NCBI RefSeq assembly: GCF_963921235.1
Contig: NC_086097.1
Span: 177,384,001 to 177,448,000, forward strand
DNA: 64,000 nt
Source: Mobula hypostoma
Taxonomy: Eukaryota
Reading direction: 5' to 3'
Positions within the stretch are counted from its first letter, which is position 1; each line of letters starts with the position of its first letter. Positions 48,130-60,389 of the stretch are shown here, one piece after another. The notes below the pieces were generated by a model that did not search any database, was not told where the DNA came from, and worked only from the letters and a program-made list of their open reading frames with translations. Position numbers and translations under genes: made by a program.

Positions 48130-49024
48130 GACTTAAGATGGTGCTGTTGTAGACGTGTGACAGCTTGCGGTGGTTCGAAATCAAAGGAAGTCGATTAAAA
48201 ACATTATTAATAGTAATTTTTAAAATAATTTGAAGTAAACTTACAGCAAACAATGAAATGGCAGGTGAATGTAAGGTGAATTCACGAGATGTGCACTGCT
48301 GGTGTGCTGTGAAATCAATGTACTTGGAGCTGGAGCCATGCTGGTTGGACCGGACGATTTGGTGGGGGGGGGCGGGGGTGGTGTGTAGTGAAACCTGGGT
48401 GTGATTGTGGAACATGCTAAGTGCCAAGCCAATTTGGGGAGGTCAAGAATGGCTTTGGCAGCAAAATCCAAACCTGAAGAGAATTGCTGGGCAGCATGTT
48501 ATAGGCCCGGAGCAATTCACCACAGTGCGGCCTGTGTCAAGAGTTGACCGAGGTTGGATCACTCTAAGCGCCAGGCCAATTTGGAGAGGTAGAGAATGTC
48601 TCCTCCAGCAGTGGAATCTAGGCCCAGTGCAGTTCACCACAACAGGGCCCAGTTCCTAGTGCAAGGTTCGGCCAATTTGAACCCCGGCCTGGTAGGCTAG
48701 AGGGGTCCTCTCTCCACGACACTATGGCTCTGAGACTTGCCCCAGCTGCAGTGCATCGACTTGCCCCACTAATAGATAACTGAATACGAGGCTTTGGGCC
48801 TAGTCTGGGCTGCTCCGGGGATTTGGATCTAGGGACTCTAAGTTGATTTGGAATGCTGTCATTGTTGCTTGCTTCTATTGTTTGCATGATTTGTTTTCTC
48901 TGGGGGTTGGTCTTAACTGTTTTAAATTTGGCTCTTTCAAGTCCTTGCTTTGCAACTGCCTGTAAAGCAAACAAATCTCAAGGTTGTATAATTTGCATTC
49001 TTTGCTAATAAATGCACTTTGAAT
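48130..49024 (+). mobile_element. Non-autonomous retroelement with a Rex/Babar-like tail, interrupting a minus-strand CR1 remnant
   Basis: Starts TTAAGATGG and ends AAATCTCAAGGTTGTATA...AATAAATGCACTTTGAA, the same tail as 17895-17950. CR1 antisense sequence flanks both sides. Confidence 0.5.
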
Positions 49025-49314
49025 TCATCATTTTAGTGAACCATTTCTGCATCCTCTCCATAACCTCCATTTTCTCTCAGTAATACAGCAACTAGAACTA
49101 CACAAAATAGTCCAAGTATAGTCTAACCATAGTTTATCACAGTGACTTTTCCAATTATACTCAGTGGCCCTGACTGATGAAGGCAAGAATGCCATAAACC
49201 TTCCTAACCACCCTAGGGATCAAGCAATCACTTTCAGGTAATTATTGACTTGCACTCTGAAGATCCCTCTGTATTCAGTTATCTTAAGAGCCCAGCCATT
49301 TATTGTGAACTTCA

Positions 49315-49632
49315 AAAGATTTTCTTTACTTTTCATACATATATCGAAACCTACGGTGAAATGTCGTTTGCGTCAATGACCACCACAGTCTGAGGATGAG
49401 CTGGGGGCAACCCGCAAGTGTTGCCCTACTTCTGGTACCCACAGCTTAACTAGCCCTAACCATACGTCTTTAGAATATGGGAAGAACCAGAGCATCTGGA
49501 GAAAACCCACATGATCATAGGAAGAATGTACAGATTCTTCACAGGCAGTGGTGGATATTGAACCTCCATTTTAATTCCCCCGACTGCTGGCACTGAAGTA
49601 TTATGTTGACCACTATTCCACGGTGCTGCCCA
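49315..49632 (-). mobile_element. V-SINE-like element
   Basis: GTCTTTAGAATATGGGAAGAACCAGAGCATCTGGAGAAAACCCAC is the antisense V domain. Confidence 0.65.
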
Positions 49633-50235
49633 CCATGCTAGCTCATGTGTCTTAGACATATTTGGATTAAGCGCCATCTGCCATTGCTCATCTCCTCCGT
49701 ATCCTGTTGTATCCTTTGTCAACTTTCCTCACTTTCTGCAATTCCATCTATTCTTGTGTTGCCTGCAAACTTAGTGATTGGACCACCTTCATTTTTGTTG
49801 AGTATCTGATATTATCCCAAGTTCTGGGTGAAAGCTTGTCAGAACATTAATGAGAGCCGGTGAAAGAAAGCATAGAAGGTGTTTGACAGTTAAATGGAGC
49901 CAGTGTGAGGGTGGCTGACACAAGATAATGGGGGCAGAAGTCAGCCGGCCGGCCAGTCAGTCCTCAACCCTGCCTGGCCATTCACTATGAACGTGGCTGA
50001 TCCACACAGACCTCAACTTCTTCTCTGCCAGTTCCTCCGTAACCCTCTGTACTCCGATCTTTCCGATATCCATCTCACTCTATATATCTAATGATCCACC
50101 ACACTCGGGTGCAAAGAATTCCAGAGATTCACCACCCCCTGAGATAAAGAATTTCTACAGATTCATTTATGGTCATATACACCAGGGACAATGAAATTCC
50201 TCACATTTTTAAATGATTGGCCCTTTATAACTTAG

Positions 50236-50450
50236 GGTGGCACGGTAGCCTAGCGGTTAGCGTCACCAGTAACTCGGATCCAATTCCCGCCACTGTCTGT
50301 GAGGGGTTTCTATGTTCTTCTAGCTGTTCCCATTTCCTTCTAAATTCCAAAGACGTACAGTTAAAGTTGTTAATTCCTGGGCCTGCTGTATGCAAACAAT
50401 GGCAATTCACTATTTTTTGATGCACGTATAACAAAGGGTAGTAAAACTAA
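50236..50450 (+). mobile_element. V-SINE-like element
   Basis: GGTGGCACGGTAGCCTAGCGGTTAGC tRNA-like head, GATCCAATTCC B-box-like, then V-domain remnant. Confidence 0.65.
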
Positions 50451-52758
50451 TCCTTACAGACAAGTTCCCTTGGTCGTAACACTTTCACCGGTGCAAATAA
50501 CTCAATATCTATGCTGGCATGTCACTTTGGGGATTTTCTGTGTTGGAGATCACCACTCATTATTCCAAACTCCCAAGGAGTACAACCCAAATTGTGTAAC
50601 CTCTCTCGATGGGTGGGGTGTGCTGTGGATTCAGCAATGCACTAAGCTGAGGCCCATCTGGTCTCCTGAATGGATGGTTTGGATCATCTGTCTCTCTAAT
50701 GTGGGATTAATATTTGAGAGGGCCACAGGTGATGCAGTGAGCTCTCTGACTTGATACCTGGGCTCCAGACTTTCCAGAAATGGTCTAGTGTAATGCAGGC
50801 GCCATCTTGTTCACCGGGTTACAAATCAGCAGACATTGACTCATTTGTTGCTAACAGACTCTCTGATATCACCCGGCATTGTCCAGACTCAGCAGGCTGA
50901 AACTAGGCGGGCAGCCAGCTGGTCTGGCCTGTGTGCTACCTCTGCAGGAGCTTGGCAGGGTAGACAGCATTTGCGTGTCTTGATATGACAGGTGGGGCCA
51001 GGGCGATCGGAATAAACTACACTGAAGGATGCTGCTGTTAACACTGATTCCTTTCACTGCTAATAAGTGGCCAGCTGTTTCACATTTCATAAAGGTCCAT
51101 TTCCTATTTTATTCCTATTTCTTTCTTGCTTTCACTTTTGTTCGCTCTTCATTATGTTATTGGGAAGCCATGAAATCTATAAATTTTACAGAGATTAGAA
51201 CATCTGTAGATGCTGGAAATTTATAAATGATGTTTTCCCTCCTCCAAAAAATCATTTTCTTATTAACCAGGTCTTTGCTGTTCAGAGCATGTGGTTGGAA
51301 AAGCTTGGCCTTGAATTCATACTCCTATTTGCTCTGGGACACCTCTCAGATTTCCTGGTCTCGTTTTTACTGTGTTAATGTCTGTGTGAAATGAGTGTGT
51401 TTTGATGTAACCTCCCAGCTTCTTACTTCATCCAACCCCTCAACCACCCTCCTGGCCTCGCCTATCACCTTCTAACTTGTCCTCCTTCCCCTCCTCCCAC
51501 TTCATTCTGGCTTCTTCCCCCTTCCTTTTCCAGTCCTGATTGAAAGGTCTATCATTTCCATAGATGCTGCCTGATGTGCTGAGTTCCTCCAGTACTTTGT
51601 GTGTGTTGCCCTGGATTTACAGCACCACTGTTTTGTATGGTGATGTGGTCTTGATGTATCTGCAGGAAGTAATTCCTCCTTGCCTGGTGTTAATGGCTTC
51701 AGGAAACCTCCCTGACATTGTGCCCTCCCTTTCAGATATCCTGATTGCTTCCTATCTCTTTCCCTGAAGCCTTTTCTTTGTTCAGATAAAAGTGAAGTGT
51801 TTCCTCATTATGCACTGGTCTGTCAGGCATTCTCCTCTTTCTTCTCTGTTTTCCTTGTACCTGTAGAGTTTGTCATATGCACAAGTACGCATGTGCGCCG
51901 ATACAATGAAAAACAAACAACATTTATAAGAAATACTTAAATTTAAAATGAATTATACAATTTTCACAAAGTCCATATTAGTTTAAAGTGCTCCAAAGTG
52001 GTCATTGCATAGCTAAACTGTTGTGATGGGGTTGTGCCAGTCACTTTCAGAACTGAATGGTTGAAGGGAGGTAGCTTGAATCTGGTGGTTTGGGACTTTT
52101 CTGCAAAAAAAAGTGGCATGGCTAGGATGGTTTGCATTATCTATTATTAATATTTATTAATCATTATTAATGCTTTGCACTATCTATTTCATAATTTTTA
52201 TCTTGTGAAATTTGTTGTTCTGTGGCTGTAAGACAGAATTACTGAAGGTTACACAAATAAATATTTCAAAAAACATATAATGGGTGATGCTTATGGGTTC
52301 AGAAATTTGATGATGGAGGGGAAATAGCTCCTAAAGTATTGATGGTCTTCAGACTCCTGTACCACCTACTTTCCTGATGGTAGTAATGAGAAGAGTCTTC
52401 CAAGTTAAAAGAGAAGAAACAGGTGAAGTGTGTCTTGTTCTATATAGTCTTTCTCTTTAGTGTTATGCGATTTGTTGTGTTTGCTGTTTTAACCTGTGTC
52501 ATGATGCTGCTGCAAACAGTTTCTATTGCAGCTGTGCACAGGGTGCAATGAAACACTCATAGCAGCAGTCTGTGGTGGCCAGTGCTATCATGTTTGCTGT
52601 TGTGTGCTGGGGCAGCAGGCTGAGGGTAGCAGACATCAAGAGAATCAACAAACTCATTTATAAACTGGACTCTCTGACGGTGGTGTCTGAAAAGAGGATG
52701 CTGTCCAAGTTGCATGCCATCTTGGACAATGTCTCCCATCCACTACATAAATGTACTG

Positions 52759-53010
52759 CAACACACAACAAAGTTGCTGGTGAACGCAGCAGGCCAGGCA
52801 GCATCTCTAGGAAGAGGTACAGTCGACAGTTCAGGCCGAGACCCTTCGTCAGAACTAACTGAAGGAAGAGTTAGTAAAATCTCTTGCTAACTCTCCCTGA
52901 CGAAGGGTCTCGGCCTGAAACGTCGACTGTACCTCTTCCTAAAGATGCTGCCTTCACCAGCAACTTTGATGTGTGTTGCTTGAATTTCCAGCATCAGCAG
53001 AATTCCTGTT
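52759..53010. mobile_element. Palindromic insertion of two inverted Penelope-like terminal-repeat fragments, 14-15 bp TSD
   Basis: Left arm 52759-52878 is the reverse complement of the right arm (~52883-52980). Flanks: TACATAAATGTACTG (52744-52758) and TACATAATGTACTG (53011-53024). Confidence 0.85.
52897..52928 (+). ncRNA. Minimal type I hammerhead ribozyme motif: intact core, helix I 5' strand lost
   Basis: CTGACGA-AGGGTCTCGGCCT-GAAAC-GTC-GACT. Confidence 0.65.
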
Positions 53011-53302
53011 TACATAATGTACTGGGTGGGCGCAGGAGTACATTCAGCCAGAGACCCATTCCACTGAGATGCAGAACTGAGCGTCATAGGAAGTCATTCC
53101 TGCCTGTGGCCATCATACTTTACAGCTCCTCTCTTGGAGGGTCAGACACCCTGAGCCAATAGTCTGGTCCTGGACTTTTTTCCTGGCATAATTTATATAT
53201 TACTATTTAACTATTTATGGTGCAACTGTAACGAAAACCAATTTCCCCCGGGATCAAGCAAGGATGACTATGACTATCAGAGGCAGATTACCAATTGGCA
53301 CA

Positions 53303-54760
53303 CAGGTGTCCCCTGCTTTTCAAACGTTCGCTTTACGAAACCTCGCTGTTACGAAAGACCTACATTATTTACCTGTTTTTGCTAACAGAAAGTGTTTTCA
53401 CTGTTACGAGAAAAGGCAGCGTGCGCCCCGAGCAGCCAAGCTCGTCCCCCGGAACTGCATTCTAACCGGCATTGCTTAAACACATGCCTGTGAGCAGCCG
53501 TTAGCAAGATGAGTTCTAAGCCTAAAGGAGCTCGTAAGGGTGTTACACTTAGCGTAAAGCTAGACATAATTAAGTGTTTCGATCGTGGTGAACGAAATAA
53601 GGACAAAGTGAGTTTGGCTTGTGGAAGTTGACGAAGATGATGTTGAAGAGGTTTGGCATCCCATGACCAAGGACGGATAGATGAAGAACTGAGGCAATTG
53701 AAAGAGGAAAGGATAATAATCGAAACCGAATGCGGTAGCGAACGGACCGAAAGTGAAGTCGTCCAGGAACTGAACGTGAAGCAACTGTGTGAGATTTTCG
53801 CTGCAATGATTGCAGAAAAGTACGACTTTAATTTTGAAAGGGTACGTAGGTTTAGGGCATATTTGCAGGATGGTTTGAGTGCTTATAAAGAACTGTATGA
53901 TAGAAAAATGCACGAGGCTACGCAGTCAAGCATACTGTTGTTTTACAAGCCTTCCACATCAGCCTCAGCAGACGACGAACCTCGACCTTCGACATTGAAG
54001 CAGGCAGACCTAGAAGAAGATGACCTGCCTGCTCTGATGGAAACAGACGACAATGAGATGACACCCCAGTGTCCCACCACCCCAACCCTCGGATCGTGGA
54101 CTGATACCACGTCGCCTCTGATCTGGGCTGACATTTACGTGCCGGGCGGCACCTAATTAATTAGCTTGTTTACTTCGGCTTTTTTTCTTAAAGATGTGCT
54201 GGGTGCATCCCGGCTACCACTGCATTCTCCGCAGATCGGTATTGGTTCGCTGCCTGGAGGGTGGGGGCCACTGCACCACCCCAACCTCCCGACGACTCAG
54301 CCTGACACACCATCATCAGTGTGCTCGCGCTGTCTTCCCAATTCCGGTAAGTGATACTACACTGTACATACATTATTTCTACTTTATATAGGCTGTGTAT
54401 TTTTGTGTTATTTGGTATGATTTGGCAGCTTCATAGCTTAAAGGTTACTGGAGAGAGTGTTTCTGCCGAGAGCACTTGCATGAGATTTTTGCTATGGAGA
54501 ACAGTGCGGCAATGATTGTAGAAAAGTATTTCTACTTTATATAGGCTGTGTATTTATCATATCATTCCTGCTTTTACTATATGTTACTGTTATTTTAGGT
54601 TTTATGTGTTATTTGGCATGATTTGGTAGGTTATTTTTTGGATCTGCGAACGCTCACAAATTTTTCCTATATAAATGGTAATTGCTTCTTCGCTTTACGA
54701 CATCTGGCTTACAAACCGTTTCATAGGAGCGCTCTACCTTCTGATGGCGGGGGAAACTTG
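53303..54760 (+). mobile_element. Tigger/pogo-family DNA transposon, internally deleted (no DDE domain)
   Basis: Imperfect TIRs CAGGTGTCCCCTGC / GCGGGGGAAACTTG with TA on the right (CA on the left). ATG 53509 gives MSSKPKGARKGVTLSVKLDIIKCFDRGE (CENP-B/psq-type HTH start), joined to a Tigger-type acidic C-terminus (EVDEDDVEE...DFNFER...YKELYDRK...QSSILLFYK). Confidence 0.85.
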
Positions 54761-54929
54761 TATAAGGGAGAGAACAGAACTTTTCCTGCTTCTTCAGTTG
54801 GTGTGGATGTGAACTTGCTGCCTCAAAAATTTAGACCATAGGACGTAGAATTAGGCAACTTGACTCATTGATTCTGCTCCACCATTCAATTGTTGTTGTT
54901 CCTTTCTGTGATTTCTGGTGCACTGGTCA

Positions 54930-55094
54930 GAGAACCTTGCTGTTTCTTTAGCATTTTTTGTCTCTTTTGTGAGGCTGACTTGCTAGCTTGATGCTTAACC
55001 CAGCACGAATGGACAGTGTGCAAGGAGCTGTCTCGATTCAAACCTGGTACAACTTGTTTTGAAGTCTGCTGATCCTCTACACCACCGGTTGGCT
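54930..55094 (-). mobile_element. tRNA-derived SINE, same family as 23546-23710
   Basis: Reverse complement reads GCCAACCGGTGGTGTAGAGG...GGTTTGAATC...CTCCTTGCAC...GTGCTGGGTTAAGC...GCTAGCAAGTCAGCCTC. Confidence 0.65.
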
Positions 55095-56434
55095 ACCATT
55101 CAATCATGGCTAATTAATTTTTCCTTTATCAACCTGAAAGGGGTTGAGAGGATAGAAACCCTCATCACACTTAAATGGGATTGGATGTGTGCTTAGAAAA
55201 ATTGTAACCTGCAGGCATAGAGACCCTTGCATAACCAGCAGAAGGAGTGGACCACCACACGAGCTACCCTATCAGCAGCTAACTGTACATCTGCAAGGTC
55301 TGCATTTCCCACGTTAGTCTCATTAGCGACCTCAGAGTCATCAAAACAGTTTGGAAGTCATTCTCGATTCAACACCAATGTAGTAGGAACCAGTGCTGGA
55401 GGCTGGATTGGGTTGGGTAGCTTATTTTTCTGGCCACAGACAAATGGATGGCACGAATTCGTTGCCAGTGGGGCCTGTTCCTGTGTTGTACAGTTCTATG
55501 TTCTAGTCAATTTGTGCATGAAGCTTTATCGATCCAAGCCAGCACATGTGATCTCCATATTGAGAACTTGATTGGCTGCTGAATTGCATTCACAGGTGAA
55601 GTCCACCGCACCACTGAGTACATTTATGTGGGGAGCTGCCAAAAGAAAGCAGTGTCAAAGATCACACTATCTAGCTCTGCCCTACCATCTGTTCAGAGGT
55701 ACGGAAGCCTTGGGTCCCATACCACTAGGCTCTTATTTCTCAATCATCAGGCTCCTGAACTCATGTGGATAACTTCAATCACCACGACTTTGAACTGATT
55801 TTGTGATCAATGGCTCACCTTCAGGGTAACTTTTTATTTCTTTGCAACTTGTTCTCTGTTTTTATTCGGACAGTACATGTTGTCCTTTGGTTGTTAATTT
55901 TGTTATGTATAGTTTATCATAAAGGTCTTTTTTTCCATGTAAGTGACTGTAGAAAATGAGTCTTAAGCTAGTATATGGTAACAACTACCTACGTTGATAA
56001 TTTTGCTTTCAACTTCAGGGAAATATTAGAGTAACTGTTCAAAGCTTCGTTACCAAAGATGATGTGTTATGCATACATCTGCAAGGCTGTATGATATCTT
56101 AAAAATGGTTCAATATCTCCTTGATTCTGGAAATCATTCTTTTGATGTCTCTTTTCATCAGGTACAGGCAGAGTCCGTATGGTTGTGTAAATCAGTTTCT
56201 GTTTAGGACTGCTGATAGGATATAGAGTCATACTGTATGTGGGAAGTGCCCTTGCTTAATGTTATCAGATGTTTTGTGGGTTAAACTATTGAGATTATCC
56301 TCTTCTTGCTCAGTAAATGCCATCAATTTTATTTGATTATGGTGCAGGGAAATCATTTTTACTGATGTGTGTTAACATTCACAGCTGTGTTCATTCTGAA
56401 GGATTTTGTATTTAATTGAGGATGGCATCAGAAG

Positions 56435-56560
56435 GGGCTTGCATTTCTCAAGTGCCTTTCTCATAATTCCAAAGGGTGTCTGAAGTGTAGTCACTATTGA
56501 AATGTAGAAAATGTGGCAACCCATTCGCACGTAGTAGAATTCCACAAACCACAATGATCA
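56435..56560 (-). mobile_element. Deu-domain SINE remnant (SacSINE1/AmnSINE1-like)
   Basis: GAAGTGTAGTCACTATTGAAATGTAGAAAATGTGGCAACCCATTCGCAC...CCACAAACCACAATG matches the recalled antisense Deu domain; CTTGCATTT tail. Confidence 0.65.
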
Positions 56561-56935
56561 GTTGCCCTTTTTCTTTTCAGTGGAGACACAAGAAAGAGTC
56601 TGCAGATGCTGGAATCTGCAGCAACTCCAACTGCTGGAGGAATTCAGCGAGACAGGCAAATTGATGTTTTGGGTCAAAACCATTCAACTGGGCGGATTCA
56701 AAGTGACCCAATCCAGATGAAGGGGCTCAATCAGAAATGTTGGCTGGCTATTGAGTTCATCCAGCAGTATTTTTAAAATTGAGGGTTAAATCTAGGTGCC
56801 TGGAAGTTGGGGTGAACTGGTTTCCACACCAGTGCTTTGGGCTTGGAGGGACCGGTGCATGTTCTGCATCCTCTCCCAGGATGCAGGAGGTCTTTGACGT
56901 GGTGAGTGGGTGATGACTGACTTAGCAGATGCTGC

Positions 56936-57068
56936 ACTCCTGATGAAGGGTCTTGGCTCGAAGTGTCGACAGTTTACTCTTTTCCCTAGGTGCTGCCTGG
57001 CCTGCTGAGTTCCTCCAACATTTTGCATATATTACTTGGATTTCCAACATCTGCACATTTTCTCTTTG
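56936..57068 (+). mobile_element. Penelope-like terminal-repeat fragment with a degenerate hammerhead
   Basis: CTGATGA-AGGGTCTTGGCTC-GAAG-TGTC-GAC, then GCTGCCTGGCCTGCTGAGTTCCTCC. Confidence 0.65.
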
Positions 57069-59854
57069 CTGCACTCCTTGTTGCTTTCTCTGGAATTCTA
57101 TGCATTTGCAAAACATGGATTGACATTCTGTGTGCCACCCCAAATGCTGCTTCTCCAATTTGAGTGGTCATATGCCAGGGATTCCTGAGGATTTGTGACT
57201 ATAATGCACATTTTCGAAGAGTTGGGGATTAATCTCAGAGTCATGGGGTGAACCAGCACGGAAACAGGCCCTTCGGACCAACTTGTCCATGCCGACTATA
57301 TTCCCCAGTGAGCTAGTCTTATCCTTTAAACCTTTCCTTACTTTTAATTTGTGCCCCAAGTTTTAGACTGCTCAACTCTGGCTATCTGAAGCAACATTTT
57401 CAGCGTCTGCAGATTTTTTTGTCTTTGAACTACATGAAGCGCCTGCTTCTGTGCCATATAACTATAAACTATGAATCATTGGGGATCCCACTCCTGGCCA
57501 CATGTATTCCTAAAGGATTGGTCACATGACAATGTAAAAATGATCACAGAATACAGAATGAAGTGTTGCAGTTGCAGGGTGTGGTGCGGGCAGGGCAATA
57601 TGGTGTGAGGTATGAGGTCAATTTTGAAGTCGAGAGCCCATCTTTACTAACTTGGGTATAAAAGTTGGGTAGAGCAGTAGGCCTGATGATGATGATGAGG
57701 AGAGAGAATGTCCCAGGTTGGTGGGATCTTTGATCATATGAGTTGCTTTACTGAGCCAGCCTGAAGTGTAGACAAGAGTCCATGGAGGGGAGGCTGGTTT
57801 GTGTGATAAATGGAACTGTATCCATAACTCTGCAGTTTTATGTGGTCACAGACAGAGCCGTTGCTGTACAACTATTAATACTTTATTTAAAAAACCATAA
57901 CACATTACCTCTTATGGAGGCCCCCCACCCCCCACCCAGGCTGACGCAACCTTTCATTGTTTGAAGGGCTTCCTGGCTGAGCCTCTGCGTTAGGTGCACT
58001 GAACTTCAGTGCCTCCCTCAGCCTGGACTGTGCCAATTGGCAGCATTCCCTTGAAGACATCTTGCTAATCTATAAGGCCAAGAAAGATTGGGTACACCAA
58101 GATGCCATCTCCAGCAGCACTGTATGACCCTGGGAACAGCCGTAGCTTTAGCAGATTTGCTCTCACTCACAGCACAGGAGCTGCTTTATATAACTCACAG
58201 CTAAAAGTAGATAAAAGACATTCTTTCGTGTTTTTTCCCCTGGATTTGGATGATGGCTGGCTCTATCAGCCCATGTCAGGCCTGACTACATTTCCTCAGT
58301 AGGTAGTCCAGTTTGCTTCGATTGCCTGGGGCTAGCCTTAATTGGAAAAGTTCAGGTTGATAATTTATTGTATAAGCTGGTTGTGTTTCGCTCGACATGT
58401 CACTGCGTTGCCAGAAGCAACCAGTCACCACCTTGCCTCTCTGAAATACTCCCCTTGCATTTGTAGGGGTTTGTAAACCATGGGAAAACTAGGTGAAGTT
58501 TAAAAAAAAATGTTAATTGCAGCATCATAAGCACATAGAAAATATTAGCAGCATTCACAAGAAAAATATAAATTAAACATAATTTGTACATAAATTACAC
58601 AGGTAGAACAAAAATGTCCAAAAGTGCGAAGTGATAAGTGATTACAGTGCTGTTAAACTGTAGTAATGAAGGCTGTGCAGGTCCATTTAAGTTGGTTGAA
58701 GGGAAGTACCTGTTCTTGAACCTGGTGGTATAGAAGTTCAGGCTTCGGTCCTTCCTGCCCAGTGGCAGCAGTGAGAAGATCTAGATTTGTGTGAGGAGGT
58801 TGAGAAGAGGACAGAGCATTTGGTTCTACTTGTTTTGAGATTCTTTCATCTGGGAGAGTTGTTAATAGCACCTGTTTTCTTTTTAGGTAGAATCCATGCT
58901 AGTGTCATAATTCTTTACAGATCAAATAGGAGAGCTGTCTCTGTGGGAGCCATTGCAGATTGATTTTGCACAGTGAAGCTAAGGTAATAAGCTAGGGGAG
59001 GTGGGGGGATGGATGCTTTCAAATTGCACTTTTGCAGGTCCCCTGATGGAAAACATTGTTTGCAGGTTTCAGAGTGTACCACTCTGAGAATTATCCTGAC
59101 AAAAATGGTGACATCAAATCATTGCCTTGTTTATTTCTTTTCTCAGAAGATTACTTCATTCCCATCCCTTTTTTCCCCTTTGAGTAAGGTGGCAATATGG
59201 TTGAATGTGGTCAAGGTTCATGGTGCTAATGTGTGAGGCTGTGTGAAAAGAAAGCTCCTCCCCCCCACCACCACCCCCATGCTGTTATTGTAATAGGCTC
59301 ACTCACACTGTCCTTTGCCCTTCTGTAGCAAAATTCAACTAAATATTTGGAACTATGGGGTGAGTGTGATAGAAAATATACAGCATGGAAACAGGCCTTT
59401 CTGCCCATCTGGTTCATTCTGACAAAGTTGTCTACCTAAACTAGTCTCACTTTTCTCTAAACATTTCCTATTCAGGTACTTGCCTGAATGCCCCTCACAC
59501 GTTGTAATTGTAGCCATCCTCTACCACTTCTGCCAACTCGTTCCGTATACCTACTACATTCTGAGTAGAATTGCCCCAAGAGTCCCATTTCAATCTCTCC
59601 CCTCTCAGCTTAAGCCCATGCCCTCTAGTGTTAAACTACCTATTACTGACAGAAAGTAGTATAGCAGTTTTATCACCTTTCTTATGTTTCAATGGCTAAA
59701 TTATTAGCGAATGCTGATAATTTAATTGTTTTAATTATGAAGTCTATTAAACTAGTTTATTCCTATCTAAGAAATTTTCTTTGTATCGTCTATAAAAGTA
59801 ATTGGATTTTTCTGAGGCACCATCTTTAACCTTTTTGTCTTTGTTCGTTTACGT

Positions 59855-60218
59855 ATATCGAATGCCGAAAGGACAAGATAAAGTGGATGTGTAGAGGATG
59901 TTTCCTATAGTTGGGGTATCCAGAACTAGAGGGCACAGCCCCAAAATTGAGGGGCGACCTTTTAGAATGGAGTTAATGAGGAACTTTTTAGCCATTGTGG
60001 TGAATTTGTGGAATGCTCTGCTACAGGCTGCAGTGGAGGCCAAGTCCATGGGCATGCTTAAAGCAGAAGTTGATAGCTTCCTGATTGGTTAGTGTCAAAG
60101 GACGTGGGGAGAAGGCAAATATATGGGATTGAGTGGGATCAGGATCAGCCATAATGGAATGGTGGAGCAGACTCGATGAGCTGAATGGCCTAATTCTGCT
60201 CCCATGTCTTGTGGTCTT
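59855..60218 (+). mobile_element. CR1 3' end
   Basis: MFPIVGVSRTRGHSPKIEGRPFRMELMRNF...VNLWNAL; 3' UTR GAATGGCCTAATTCTGCTCCCATGTCTTGTGGTCT. Confidence 0.85.
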
Positions 60219-60389
60219 ATCTTGCAAAAGGATAACATACCTAGTTGGTGCCAACCTGGTCTTCTGCCCCCATCTACCTACACTTGGACAATAGCCCTGC
60301 ATACCGTTCTTATTTATCCAAACTTCTCTTAAATTTTACTTTTGCTAGCAGCGCATTCCACAGTTGCACAACCTTCTGAGTGAAGAATT

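Larger units (their letters stand above)
52560..53276 (+). mobile_element. Rex1/Babar-like LINE 3' fragment, interrupted by the 52759-53010 insert
   Basis: VVASAIMFAVVCWGSRLRVADIKRINKLI...LDNVSHPLH | ...LRCRTERHRKSFLPVAIILY; tail AATTTCCCCCGGGATCAA...(ATGACT)n. Confidence 0.85.

Noticed and set aside
53653..54156. 167-aa ORF as a host gene (domesticated TIGD)
   Set aside because: It lies within TIR-bounded transposon sequence, has a non-ATG start after a frameshift, and lacks the DDE domain.
51770..59150. Polypyrimidine-AG acceptor-like sites (~51785, 56161, 56580, 58886, 59146) as exon 2
   Set aside because: None leads to a recognisable open phase-0 exon with a good donor; one runs straight into a repeat.
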